Part shown: piece by piece, positions 26,497 to 36,300 of the stretch
How the letters are laid out: the number at the start of each line of letters is the position of its first letter
Numbering within the stretch: position 1 is the first letter of the stretch
Assembly (NCBI GenBank): GCA_965230965.1
Contig: OZ246401.1
Location: 666,937-730,936, forward strand
Length of the DNA stretch: 64,000 bases
Direction of reading: 5' to 3'
DNA from: an uncultured Gammaproteobacteria bacterium
GTDB taxonomy: Bacteria; Patescibacteriota; Microgenomatia; UBA1406; HO2-37-13b
The notes under the pieces: model-generated
Told to the model about the DNA's origin: nothing
Seen by the model: only the letters and a program-made list of their open reading frames with translations
Database searches by the model: none
Made by a program: the position numbers and the translations under genes

Positions 26497-27321
26497 ATGA
26501 TCATAGGCGGACATGTTTCTATTGCAGGAGGATTAGACAAAGCTGTTGGTCGAGCAGTAGCCGAGGAGTTTAATGCGATGCAAATTTTCGTCTCCTCACC
26601 GCGCTCATTTAAACCCAATATTTATACAACAGAGCAGATCAATGCATTTGTAGCTGCATACAAAACTGCTAAGATGCAGGCACTCTTTTTTCATGCAATA
26701 TATTTGGTTAATTTGGGAAGTGAAAATGAAAATTTGCATACGCTATCTATAAATTCGCTCAAAAACTACTTAGAAGTGGGTGAGCAACTAGGCTCCAATG
26801 GTACGATCGTACATATTGGTAGCGGAAGTATTGAAAAAATATCAGAAAGTCTTGCGCATATTCTTTTCGATACTCCCACGTCACAGAATGTTTTGGTAGA
26901 AAACATGGCATCTGAGAAACGTGTTATCTTTAAACTTGAACAGTGTGTCGAGATTTTAGAGCGCGTGCAATCGGATCGTGTAAAATTTTGTATTGATACG
27001 CAGCATCTTTTTGCCTCTGGCATTGATATTCGCGATGGAGAAACGGTAAAAAATTGGCTTGATGATGTGGAACGTATGATTGGTATTGAAAAAATCGCCT
27101 GTATTCATGTTAATGATTCAAAAACAGCTTGCGGCTCACAGCATGATCGTCATGAAAATCTTGGTGAGGGTGAAATTGGCCTTGCAGGAATCAAAAAATT
27201 TCTTTCAGAACCGCGTCTCGCACATATTCCATTGATTCTAGAAGTTCCAGGTTTTGCCGATAAAGGACCAGATAAGAAAAATAAGGATCTACTTATGAAC
27301 GCTCTTCAAGGTACTCTCTGA
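26497..27321 (+). CDS. nfo: deoxyribonuclease IV (endonuclease IV, AP endonuclease family 2)
   Basis: MIIGGHVSIAGG, HAIYLVNL, VENMA, CIDTQHLFASG and HVNDSK..GSQHDRHENLGEGEIG blocks. Confidence 0.9.
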   Translation: MIIGGHVSIAGGLDKAVGRAVAEEFNAMQIFVSSPRSFKPNIYTTEQINAFVAAYKTAKMQALFFHAIYLVNLGSENENLHTLSINSLKNYLEVGEQLGSNGTIVHIGSGSIEKISESLAHILFDTPTSQNVLVENMASEKRVIFKLEQCVEILERVQSDRVKFCIDTQHLFASGIDIRDGETVKNWLDDVERMIGIEKIACIHVNDSKTACGSQHDRHENLGEGEIGLAGIKKFLSEPRLAHIPLILEVPGFADKGPDKKNKDLLMNALQGTL

Positions 27322-28150
27322 CAGCTTTTAAAGCAGGAGCGTAATTTAATTGTGGTGCAGCATTAGCCTCAAATATATATGGTTTTCCTGTTTCTTTATC
27401 CACAACAATGTCCACTCCGCATACCTCGCGTTTTAATAACTTACTAGCTTTTTCAGCAAGCTTACAAAGCTTACGTATCTTTGTATGATCAACAAGTTCG
27501 CGACTACCGCCTTTAGAGACATTATTTAAATGAGTATCGGTATTCTTTCCTCTAATACGCTTATATACAATGGTCGTTTTATATCCCACGGTGAGTATTC
27601 TATAGTCAAAATCGTTTGGAATAAATTCTTGAGCAACAAAAAGCATATCCTCTCCATAGTTTGCCATAACATGCACGAATTCTTCTTTATTCTTAATGCA
27701 AAAATTATCTTCACCTTTACGACCCCCAACGGCTTTAATGATAAAAGGGTAGCCAAGTTTTTTTTCGAAAATGGGGAGCATTTTTTTCATCTTATCGGCG
27801 AAGGCGATGATACTATGAGGAAAGGGGAGCCCATTAAAGAGGAATATTGCATATTGATATGATTTTGAGGAAATTTGTTTGGCTAAAAGTGCACTATCAA
27901 TAAACGGAATGCCTAATTTATTAAGACAAAGTGCGAGGGGAATTGCCATCTTTTCTTTATCGTCAGCGGTACGGAAGTATACAAAGGAATAGTCAGTGAT
28001 ACTGTGGTTTTTTTCTACAATTTCAAAGGTAGAACTCTTAGGTTCTAATTCAATAGAAATATCATTGTATGAACGAAGTGTATGCCCACTACTTAATCTG
28101 TGGTGGTGTGGTTTATCAGGAAAAGATGATAGTATTAATACTTTTTTCAT
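27293..28150 (-). CDS. RimK-type ATP-grasp ligase
   Basis: PFIIKAVGGRKGEDNF, LFVAQEFIPNDFDYRILTVG and VCGVDIVVDKETGKPYIFEANAAPQL. The 3' end overlaps the convergent nfo gene by 29 nt. Confidence 0.8.
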   Translation of the reverse strand: MKKVLILSSFPDKPHHHRLSSGHTLRSYNDISIELEPKSSTFEIVEKNHSITDYSFVYFRTADDKEKMAIPLALCLNKLGIPFIDSALLAKQISSKSYQYAIFLFNGLPFPHSIIAFADKMKKMLPIFEKKLGYPFIIKAVGGRKGEDNFCIKNKEEFVHVMANYGEDMLFVAQEFIPNDFDYRILTVGYKTTIVYKRIRGKNTDTHLNNVSKGGSRELVDHTKIRKLCKLAEKASKLLKREVCGVDIVVDKETGKPYIFEANAAPQLNYAPALKAVREYLEERS

Positions 28151-29586
28151 AATGATGGTGTTTTTGTTTTTGCTGGATCTACTAAAAAGTCCTTCAAGTC
28201 TTTTTTACCAATAATGATGGGGAAAAGCAGATTGCTTCTATCGGTAACTGTTGCATGGGCAAGAAATTCTCTTTCTTGCATTTTTGCCCGAAGCCCAAGG
28301 ATAATACGGTAACTTCTTCCGTTACTATTTACGATAACTTCAGTATTGACAATGTCGTTGTCTCCCTCGGTCAGAATAGTATGGTATTTTTCTGCGATTG
28401 CGACACCTTCTTCGAGAGTTGCAATTTGCTTTGGAATATCAAGTTTCTCAAATTGTTTGATTGCCTGACTGTATCCAAGATCAATAGCGATCTGGCGATC
28501 GATTGAAGAGTAGGTTGCGCCGGTGTCGATTTTTGCCATGTAGGTAATGCTGCGTTTTTCTGTTTTGTGGTAAAGTTTTACCGGTTGAATGAGGCCAATG
28601 ACTTTTTTACCGGCAATAGCTTCAATTTCTTCTTCAATCTCACCTCCAAAGAGATCTTTGCCAAGGCGAATGCCGTGGGCAATTGTTTTTGCACGGACGT
28701 GTTTTATTTGTTCAAGTCTCCAACGAAGACCATCTTGATTTGCAAGTTGAATACGAAGGCCAGGTCGTGCGTTGAGCTCGACGACAAGTGGACCACGCTC
28801 ACGGTCAATAAGGAAGTCAACCCCACAAAAGCCAAGTCCGGTGGCTTTTGCGGACTTAACTGCATACGTTAATATCTTATCCCAGTAGGGAACTTTGAAA
28901 CCAGAATAGCGTATGCGAGTGACATCAACATACTCAAGATCAATAATGCGACCCTCTTTTGTTTCTTTAATGGTGTGGGTCGTAATACCTGTTGCTAAGT
29001 CAAGGCCGCTGCCTGCAGCGCCTTGAGAAAAATTTGCCCGCCCGGCAGAATCTTTAGTTGGCCAGCGAATCATAGCCATAACCGGAACTTTTTTAAATAC
29101 GATAACACGGATATCTGGTACGCCTTTGTAACTGAATGGCCTTAATTTATGGTGCGGGCGCACTCTTTCTTCAATAAGAACTTTATCTGGACTGTAATTT
29201 AAAGAATATGCACCTTCCAAGATGTTCGCCATCTGCGTTTTTAACGCCTCTGGCGTAATTTTTTGTCCCAGTGCATTAATAAAATTGCCGTCCTTGTCGC
29301 GGTTATAAATAATCTCTATGCCTTGCCCCGCGACGCCACTACCTGGCTTAACCACAAATGTTTTTGGCAGCCCTTCTATATCAAGTTTTGCAAGTTGATC
29401 AGGATTCTTAACAATATGCAAAACCTTTGTTGTTGGCACTTCGACATCAGCGAGTATTTTTTTGGTGAGTAATTTATTATCGGCTATTTTTCGGGCCGAG
29501 GGAAGATTGTACTTTTTAACGTACGATATATTGCGTTCATTAAGTCCAAGAATGCGCGATTTATTCGCTAAGATCTTCAGGATCAT
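28147..29586 (-). CDS. ATP-grasp (alpha-L-glutamate-ligase-like) protein fused to a C-terminal retropepsin-like domain
   Basis: TFVVKPGSGVAGQGIEII, IRVIVFKKVPVMAMIRWP and FCGVDFLIDRERGPLVVELNARPGL. The C-terminus has AKIDTGATYSSID ... LLFPIIIGKKDLKDFLVDP, as in the RimK-associated protease family. Confidence 0.75.
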   Translation of the reverse strand: MILKILANKSRILGLNERNISYVKKYNLPSARKIADNKLLTKKILADVEVPTTKVLHIVKNPDQLAKLDIEGLPKTFVVKPGSGVAGQGIEIIYNRDKDGNFINALGQKITPEALKTQMANILEGAYSLNYSPDKVLIEERVRPHHKLRPFSYKGVPDIRVIVFKKVPVMAMIRWPTKDSAGRANFSQGAAGSGLDLATGITTHTIKETKEGRIIDLEYVDVTRIRYSGFKVPYWDKILTYAVKSAKATGLGFCGVDFLIDRERGPLVVELNARPGLRIQLANQDGLRWRLEQIKHVRAKTIAHGIRLGKDLFGGEIEEEIEAIAGKKVIGLIQPVKLYHKTEKRSITYMAKIDTGATYSSIDRQIAIDLGYSQAIKQFEKLDIPKQIATLEEGVAIAEKYHTILTEGDNDIVNTEVIVNSNGRSYRIILGLRAKMQEREFLAHATVTDRSNLLFPIIIGKKDLKDFLVDPAKTKTPSL

Positions 29587-30274
29587 GGGAGTCTTGACTC
29601 AGAATGTTTCTAAATCTGAAATATTCAAGAAGCTTAAGCCCTCGCCATTTACCAACTAAAAAGCTAGTAACGATCATAAGGCCTGCGATTTCTGGATAAT
29701 CAATAAGTGCGTTTTGCAAAATTTCTTGACTCATCAAAATGAAAAGAGCAGAGGCAAGAATAATGGTGAAAATCATCAAGCGTATAGCCTTTTTGACACC
29801 ATGTCGTACATAGCTTTTTACCAACGCTTCAACCGACACTATAAAAAGAAGAATAGTCAATGGATTGACCATGTTGAGCGAAACCTGGTCAATATAGGTA
29901 GAAACATACAAAAGGAAGAGGGTTCCAATAGTCGAAAACGACATGACGATACTTACTTTTGAAAGATAATGAAGTCTGACATCATGCAACCACGAATGTA
30001 CCATAAGTCCTACTGCAGAGGTTGCCACGATAAATAAACTTCCATAGAAAAGGGCACCTGAATAGTCAGTGAGACCTTTGTGAATGTAGCCCAGGTCAAA
30101 CAAGGCATACGCAAGCAAGATAGTTGTATAGATATTAATTGTTCTCCAACCAATAATATAGCGCGTAATAGTTATAAGCGCTGTTACCAAAGGGAGAAAG
30201 AGCAACATAATGATTGTATACTCTGAAATCCCGCTGCGAATTAAGTATTGTATAAATGGTGCAAACATGCTCAT
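29561..30274 (-). CDS. 7-TM membrane protein, first gene of the ATP-grasp operon
   Basis: About seven hydrophobic helices and no soluble domain. Overlaps the next gene by 26 nt. Confidence 0.55.
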   Translation of the reverse strand: MSMFAPFIQYLIRSGISEYTIIMLLFLPLVTALITITRYIIGWRTINIYTTILLAYALFDLGYIHKGLTDYSGALFYGSLFIVATSAVGLMVHSWLHDVRLHYLSKVSIVMSFSTIGTLFLLYVSTYIDQVSLNMVNPLTILLFIVSVEALVKSYVRHGVKKAIRLMIFTIILASALFILMSQEILQNALIDYPEIAGLMIVTSFLVGKWRGLKLLEYFRFRNILSQDSHDPEDLSE

Positions 30275-30322
30275 ATTATATCATATTATGGGCTATTGCA
30301 ATACTGTATACTAATGGTGATT

Positions 30323-30679
30323 ATGGACTCAATAAAAGACGTTTTAAAGACATTTAATCCCACATCAGACCGCTATATATCAAGAGAATATCAATCATTT
30401 GGCGTGCATCTCGCCGAGAAACTCGGCGACGAACAACATAAGAGTTTGTATATTAAATTATCCAAACAAGTGCCGCGCCCAATGTTGTTAAAAGCGTTGC
30501 AGTTTGTGGTCGATTCGGGCGCACGTAGGAAAGGAGCGCTTTTTATGTGGAAGCTCAAGGAATTAAATGCATTTCCAGAAAAAATCAGCTCAACAAAGAA
30601 GAAAAAGGCACGATCCTCAACAAGACCTGGTCTTACTGTTCCCGACGTAGTTCAGGGTTCAATTCTGGAGCAAGATTAA
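30323..30679 (+). CDS. hypothetical protein
   Basis: ORF with a TATACT box (30307-30312) 10 nt upstream of the ATG at 30323 (MDSIKDVLK). The Lys-rich C-terminal tail overlaps the convergent gene and contains a copy of the 28-nt motif. Confidence 0.45.
   Translation: MDSIKDVLKTFNPTSDRYISREYQSFGVHLAEKLGDEQHKSLYIKLSKQVPRPMLLKALQFVVDSGARRKGALFMWKLKELNAFPEKISSTKKKKARSSTRPGLTVPDVVQGSILEQD
30607..30634 (+). repeat. copy of the conserved ~28-nt motif at a convergent gene junction
   Basis: ggcacgatcctcaacaagacctggtctt, located where the 3' ends of 30323..30679 (+) and 30633..32756 (-) overlap. Confidence 0.55.
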
Positions 30680-32756
30680 GTCTACAACCCTCACCTTTGC
30701 CGAAGTTAGCCTGCGTAAAGACGAGGTCAAATCCATTGATAATACCATCGCCATTTATATCAGAGCTATTTTGATCGGTCGGTCCAATCTCTTCTGCATA
30801 TTTTGTAGCTACAACAGAGAAATCGTTTGCATTACAGCAAGAATCTTTATTAACATCACATGCGTCAATTTCAGTTACCCCTTGCCCGGTTATGCTTCCT
30901 GCTTCTGAGGCTACGATACGATAAATGACGTTCTGGCGGAGTGGGGTGGTTACCTCATTTGGACAATTCACAGGTGTTGAACTACCTTCGAATGTAGCTC
31001 GGCACTTAACGCTGTAATCATTAATACCTTGTGGCAAGACCAAATTTGTCTCAACTGTGCCTCGTTGTCTTGGCTGGATCGAGGTATTAACAAGTTCAGA
31101 TGTGCATTGTGTTTTTCCTGGACCATAACAGGTGATTGTTGTAATACTGGTCACCGCTTTTGAGGAACCATTGTAGAAGGAAATACTTGTGTAAAAACCA
31201 GCATTTGATGTGTCTGGCGTTGGTGTTGGTGAAAATCTAGGATTTGGTGTTGCTGTTGCGCGTGGGGTTAAGCTTGGTGTAGGTGGAATTGTGGTTGGTG
31301 TTGGTGACCAGATTGGTGTTGCTGTAGGTGCGGCATTTTCACAGCTTACAGCACCAGAGCTACGTACGTTTGCCTCATTTTCTGTTGTGGGATATTTTGA
31401 TTTATCAAAGGTACACACAATCACCTGACCAGCAGGGAGTGTAATTGCATTTTCTACTTCAAAGAAATTTTGAACCAGTTCTGGTGTATCAACAGGCGCA
31501 TTGACCTCACAAATTTTATCATTTTCGTCAAATGTGCCATTACAGCGACCTAACAGCCAATAGAGTTTTTCCTCAGTTGTGCCATTGTTGTGATAGGTGA
31601 CTTTAATATTGTTGCCCGCGGCGCTTGAACTACATTGTCCGCGATTACCTTCGCTATCAGAGCCTTGTTTGTTATTTGTGTCGATTGCATGTGTACACGG
31701 ATCGAGCAAAGATCGTGCTTCGCCATCCTCTTTTCCAAGTCGCAATTCATACGTTGTGACATTGGCGGTAGGGAGTTGCAACTTAAATGTTGTTGTTTTA
31801 CCTGAAGCGCCGAGATTAATACCACATACAAATGCACCAAAATCTACATAAGAAGGCGAACAATTTGTATTGTTTATTGGTTCAATACGCACTCCCGTAT
31901 TATCTGCCTTTCCATCATCACGCTTGTAGTCGTAGAAAAGCACAAGAGCTTTTGCACCTCCTGGTGTATCATTTATTGTTAAATTCACCGTCTTATTTAT
32001 TGTCGTACCTGTACCTTTGCGTGTAATATCTGTGTTTGATGTTTTGTTTCCCTGTGCGCCACACGATTCCCAGTTAATGTCTCCTTGTTCGGTAAAATCA
32101 CAGGTCATGGCGGTTGCTTGGAACTCTGTAAAGTTAGATTTCCATGTTCCCGCAAGCTGCAGATTGACCGTTATGTCGCCTGGCTGAGCTGGAGTAGGTG
32201 ATTGATTCGGATTGTTTGTTGGTTGTGGATCGTCAGGACAGAAGTAGCTGCGACTTATTTTTCCTACCTCTGCTTGTAGCTGCCATGGTGGGCCAGCTGT
32301 GTCAACACGAATATCAAGATCGCCAGCTGGTAAACATTCAGCGCCTTCTGGCAGGCGGGTTGCCGCTGGCATATTTATAGGCGCATTAAACAAGAGCATT
32401 GGATTGCCATCTTTGCAGCGAGCAGTAGCAGGGTTTGAAACTGTCTTTTGTACACTGGCGCCAATAGGAATTTCTGGCTGCAAAAGATCGTCATGATATA
32501 TCGATACTTTCCATTTTCCATTTAATGGTGGGTTGTTGGTAAAACAAAGTCCGCCAGTTAACATATAATCCCAGCGATTATGCGGAGCCAAGCTGGTAAA
32601 TTCGATAGTTACATCTTGATTTGCCACCTCGGTTAACTCAGGTGGGACTGCAGCTTCGGTTGTTCTTTGTTGAAGCTGGGGGCTTGTTACCAAGGAGACA
32701 CCAATGATAAGTCCTAGTGTCATTATTGCTAAAACGGCTAATGATAGTGTTTTCAT
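30633..32756 (-). CDS. large secreted surface protein with a C-terminal dockerin-like module
   Basis: Signal/TM anchor. Pro/Thr linker APTATPIWSPTPTTIPPTPSLTPRATATPNPRFSPTPTPD. C-terminal double Ca-loop CDVNKDSCCNANDFSVVATKY / DINGDGIINGFDLVFTQANFG. Confidence 0.75.
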   Translation of the reverse strand: MKTLSLAVLAIMTLGLIIGVSLVTSPQLQQRTTEAAVPPELTEVANQDVTIEFTSLAPHNRWDYMLTGGLCFTNNPPLNGKWKVSIYHDDLLQPEIPIGASVQKTVSNPATARCKDGNPMLLFNAPINMPAATRLPEGAECLPAGDLDIRVDTAGPPWQLQAEVGKISRSYFCPDDPQPTNNPNQSPTPAQPGDITVNLQLAGTWKSNFTEFQATAMTCDFTEQGDINWESCGAQGNKTSNTDITRKGTGTTINKTVNLTINDTPGGAKALVLFYDYKRDDGKADNTGVRIEPINNTNCSPSYVDFGAFVCGINLGASGKTTTFKLQLPTANVTTYELRLGKEDGEARSLLDPCTHAIDTNNKQGSDSEGNRGQCSSSAAGNNIKVTYHNNGTTEEKLYWLLGRCNGTFDENDKICEVNAPVDTPELVQNFFEVENAITLPAGQVIVCTFDKSKYPTTENEANVRSSGAVSCENAAPTATPIWSPTPTTIPPTPSLTPRATATPNPRFSPTPTPDTSNAGFYTSISFYNGSSKAVTSITTITCYGPGKTQCTSELVNTSIQPRQRGTVETNLVLPQGINDYSVKCRATFEGSSTPVNCPNEVTTPLRQNVIYRIVASEAGSITGQGVTEIDACDVNKDSCCNANDFSVVATKYAEEIGPTDQNSSDINGDGIINGFDLVFTQANFGKGEGCRLNLAPELNPELRREQ

Positions 32757-32759
32757 TGT

Positions 32760-33392
32760 TTAGTCGAAAATATGTAGTGTTGCTGGCTCGGTTACTTGTA
32801 AAAGATTTTTTCCATCCTGTGCTGCGATTGTGCGGTCCTTATCGAATTGGATGACCGTCTCTTGTGTCTTCTTTAAGGCACGCGCCTTAAATTTAAGAAC
32901 GATGCCCTCTTTTTTGAACGTATTTTTGCCTGGGTCGTATGCGGCTGAAAAAGTTATGGTGCCTGGTTTTTGTTCATTAAGTATGACTCGATCAAAGACA
33001 TCGCCATTTTCAACGGTGCTGACAGCTATATACGTAGGATCATAGGTCAAAACTGTATCAACAGCATATGCGGGTGCGCCACTCATAGTCACAAAGAAGG
33101 TAATCTCTTCATTTGGCTTCATAAATTTACTTTGAGGCAAGAGGGAAAGGCGCACGCCATCTGTTTTTTCGAGGGCAGCTCCTGGGGCTGCTTCATGTAG
33201 CACATTGCGCTTAAACTTTGGTGAAAAAATAACGCCAATAAGAATGCTCAAGATAAAGAGAATAATAAGTTGAATTGCGAGCAAGAACTTAACTTGAGGG
33301 CTGAGCGTAAAAAAATCCTTTACATCTTTACGCACAGTAGTAGCGACGGTGTCCATGTATCCATTATAGAGAGATTGTGAATTGTTTGTCAA
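32760..33392 (-). CDS. membrane-anchored cohesin-like domain protein
   Basis: N-terminal TM (FLLAIQLIILFILSILIGVIF), then a ~140-aa beta-sandwich pattern: VRLSLLPQS..EEITFFVTMSGAPAYAVDTVLTYDPTYIAVSTVENGDVFDRV..GTITFSAAY..IVLKFKARALK. Confidence 0.65.
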   Translation of the reverse strand: MTNNSQSLYNGYMDTVATTVRKDVKDFFTLSPQVKFLLAIQLIILFILSILIGVIFSPKFKRNVLHEAAPGAALEKTDGVRLSLLPQSKFMKPNEEITFFVTMSGAPAYAVDTVLTYDPTYIAVSTVENGDVFDRVILNEQKPGTITFSAAYDPGKNTFKKEGIVLKFKARALKKTQETVIQFDKDRTIAAQDGKNLLQVTEPATLHIFD

Positions 33393-36300
33393 TTAAAGCT
33401 CAGTTCCAAATGAGTTCATGAAGATGGAGAGGTCGAGCGCATTCACTGCGCCATCTTGATTCACATCTGTGGTCGACGCGCCTTCGGCGCCATATTCATC
33501 GTAGAGGTACTGAAGGTCGATTGTATTAATGACACCATCCTGGTTTATATCGAGATCAATAGATACTGGTTGTATTGGTCGAGCTCCATTACTCGGACAG
33601 AGTGAACCAAGACTCGATTTATCAATCACGCCAGATCTTACAGAAATATTGTAAATATAACATGTATCTCCTGTGACATTAATTTCCGCGGGCGTACACA
33701 GCTTGGTGTTTGACCCATCAAATACTACTGAACATTGAACAGAATGTTTTCCTTTTGGAACATCGTTATATAGCACGTTGTGTTCATATGTGTTTGTGCC
33801 GTGGAGTGATCCAAGTGTGAACTCACTCCCTGTGAAAAGGAAGGGAACGGGGCCTGAAAGTACTGGTTTTAGGGTAAAGGCGGTCAATCTAAATGCTTCA
33901 ATTTTATATTTTATAGTTACACGATATTTAGGTTGAACAACTTTTGTTGGTTCAGGCTGTTGAATCTTACTACAGTACCCAGTACCAGTGCGAGATTTTT
34001 GTGCGCTACAGTTATCAACACCCATCTCACGGCACTGCTTTTCAGCTTCGCCTTTGCTAGGGAAAGCAGGGGAACGCCCATTAATGCCATATTCTTTCTT
34101 CTCATTATCACATGTACCAATATTGCCCTTAATCTTACAGCAGAATCCAGATGTACCAATTTTGCTGTTAGGTGATTTCACAACCTCAACCAGATTAGAT
34201 CCATATGTGCCAGTACATCTTGCAGTTGCCTCATCTTTATTTCCAGGAACTGCTTGATCTCTATTAATACCTACACCTCGTAAACCATCTTGAGCTGAAC
34301 AACTACCTATATCAGCAGTATGTACACCGCAACAATGGCGAGATCCATCTCGTTTGCCAGTATTTTTATCGAGTGGGTGGTTGTATGACATAAATCCATT
34401 CGCACGGACACATTTATTTGCGGAAGCAGGAAATGGTCCGTAGGTTCCAACTGTACATTCGTAAGGGTCGGTTTGGCCATTACCACCGCCACCCGTCCCA
34501 CCGCCAGGACCACCAGACGTTCCAAACGAGCAACAGTATCCTCCATCAGATGCATTAACAGGTCCATTACTTCCAGGCCATACACTTTGACATACGCCAC
34601 GATCACTTTCTGAACTAACTTTTATGAATGATTCACCAACGCGGCCTTCTTGGCCGTACGAATTTGCTGGGCAGACACCTTGGCCACCGCCACCTGGATT
34701 GCCACCACCTGGGTTACCAGGATTTCCTGGATTACCGCCACCGCCTGGGCCTTCGCCACCTGGTGGTTCTGTGCCTGGAGGGCAACACCATAGATCGGTG
34801 CCGCTACAAGGTTGATCACTTGGTGGGGTTTTTGGTACATATCCACGACTTCTACAAAAGCTTTCTGGAGCACACCACTGTGGACATACACCACCGCCAC
34901 TACCTGGATCACCAGGTTCTTTAGGTTCTTCCGGATCGTCAGAATCATCGCGTGCAACGCCAGTAAAGTCGAGTGAGACAGGGTTGCTCATACAGGCACC
35001 ATCTTTATCTAAGAATGAATAAAGATACGCAGTATACTCATGGCCCTCATCATAATAATCCCTACGAACTACATTTACTTGATGTGGTGCCTCACCTGGA
35101 TTACGATCGTTTGTCTTAACGCCAGTATCTTCATCTTTCATTCCTCTTCGTGAAGCTACAATTTCTCCTGTTTCCTTATCTTTCACAATAATCCAGTATC
35201 GATCAGAACCACGCTTAAATGCTGGACAATTACCAGCAACATCCCATTCAAGATTCGCTGTTCGTTCTTTTATTTCTTTAATACGGAAGTTTCGAGGCTT
35301 ACAGCCCTCGTTTTGTGTAGCAGAAACATTGTTGTCGTCGCGCAGCGCGCATGATACAGAGCCAATGGGTGCACCACCAACAGGAGGCTCAGCAGCTGGA
35401 GGTTGTGGGGTAGGGGTTGGAGGAATCTTTTCCAATACCCAGCCATATTCCAGATTTGCATTACATGCAATACGAAGGTTTTCAAAGATTTTTGGATTGC
35501 GAAGCTTACTCATGTCTGTCTCGCTCCATGTATCTGTATAACCAGGGCACGCAGGCACACTTGAATTTTTACTTGTACATTCTTGTTTGACCACACGATA
35601 GTCGTCAGCATAGAGTTTTACTGCAGCCAAAGCATCGCGGCCCCAAGTTTTAGTTTCTCTGAAATCACCCAAGTCAGTGAGGTGGAAGTCAACACGTCCG
35701 GGATTGCTGCCAAGGTTATTGAAGGTTAGTGTTTCAATTGGCTTATCACCACGATCGAAAAGTTGTTTATTGTTGACCGTTCCATATATGCCGGGTTTAT
35801 TATCGAGTGCAGTAAGGATATTGCCACTTGTGTCTTTTACATATGAAACAGCGTCAAACGCACAGCCGCAGGTGCGATTTGCATAGACTTCAAAGTCGCG
35901 CTTGTCGCCAGGTTTTACGCGCAATTTTTCTCCTTGTTCACGCTCGGAATCAAAATAGGTAGCATCGTTATCAAAAAAACCAGCAGCACGACTTAAGAAG
36001 TATGTTTTAGAAGGATCAAGTAACTTATTGTTTTCATCTGTGCTTATTCTGTACTTATACATCCAGGTTCCATCATCATTTGTGTCGTCAAGCCAAATAC
36101 CATGATCACTCGGTCCAGGGGTGAATGGCAGCGCCACAACTTTTCCGCCATTTAATTCATCACAGGTTTCGCCTGTGCAAAAATCTACAGCTACTCGCGA
36201 AGGTTTCTTACATGCAAATACAGAAACCCGCCCAGAAATTGTTCCATCTGGTGTTGGAGTAGGGGTTAGCGTTGGTGTGACTGGAGCGTCACTTGGTGCA

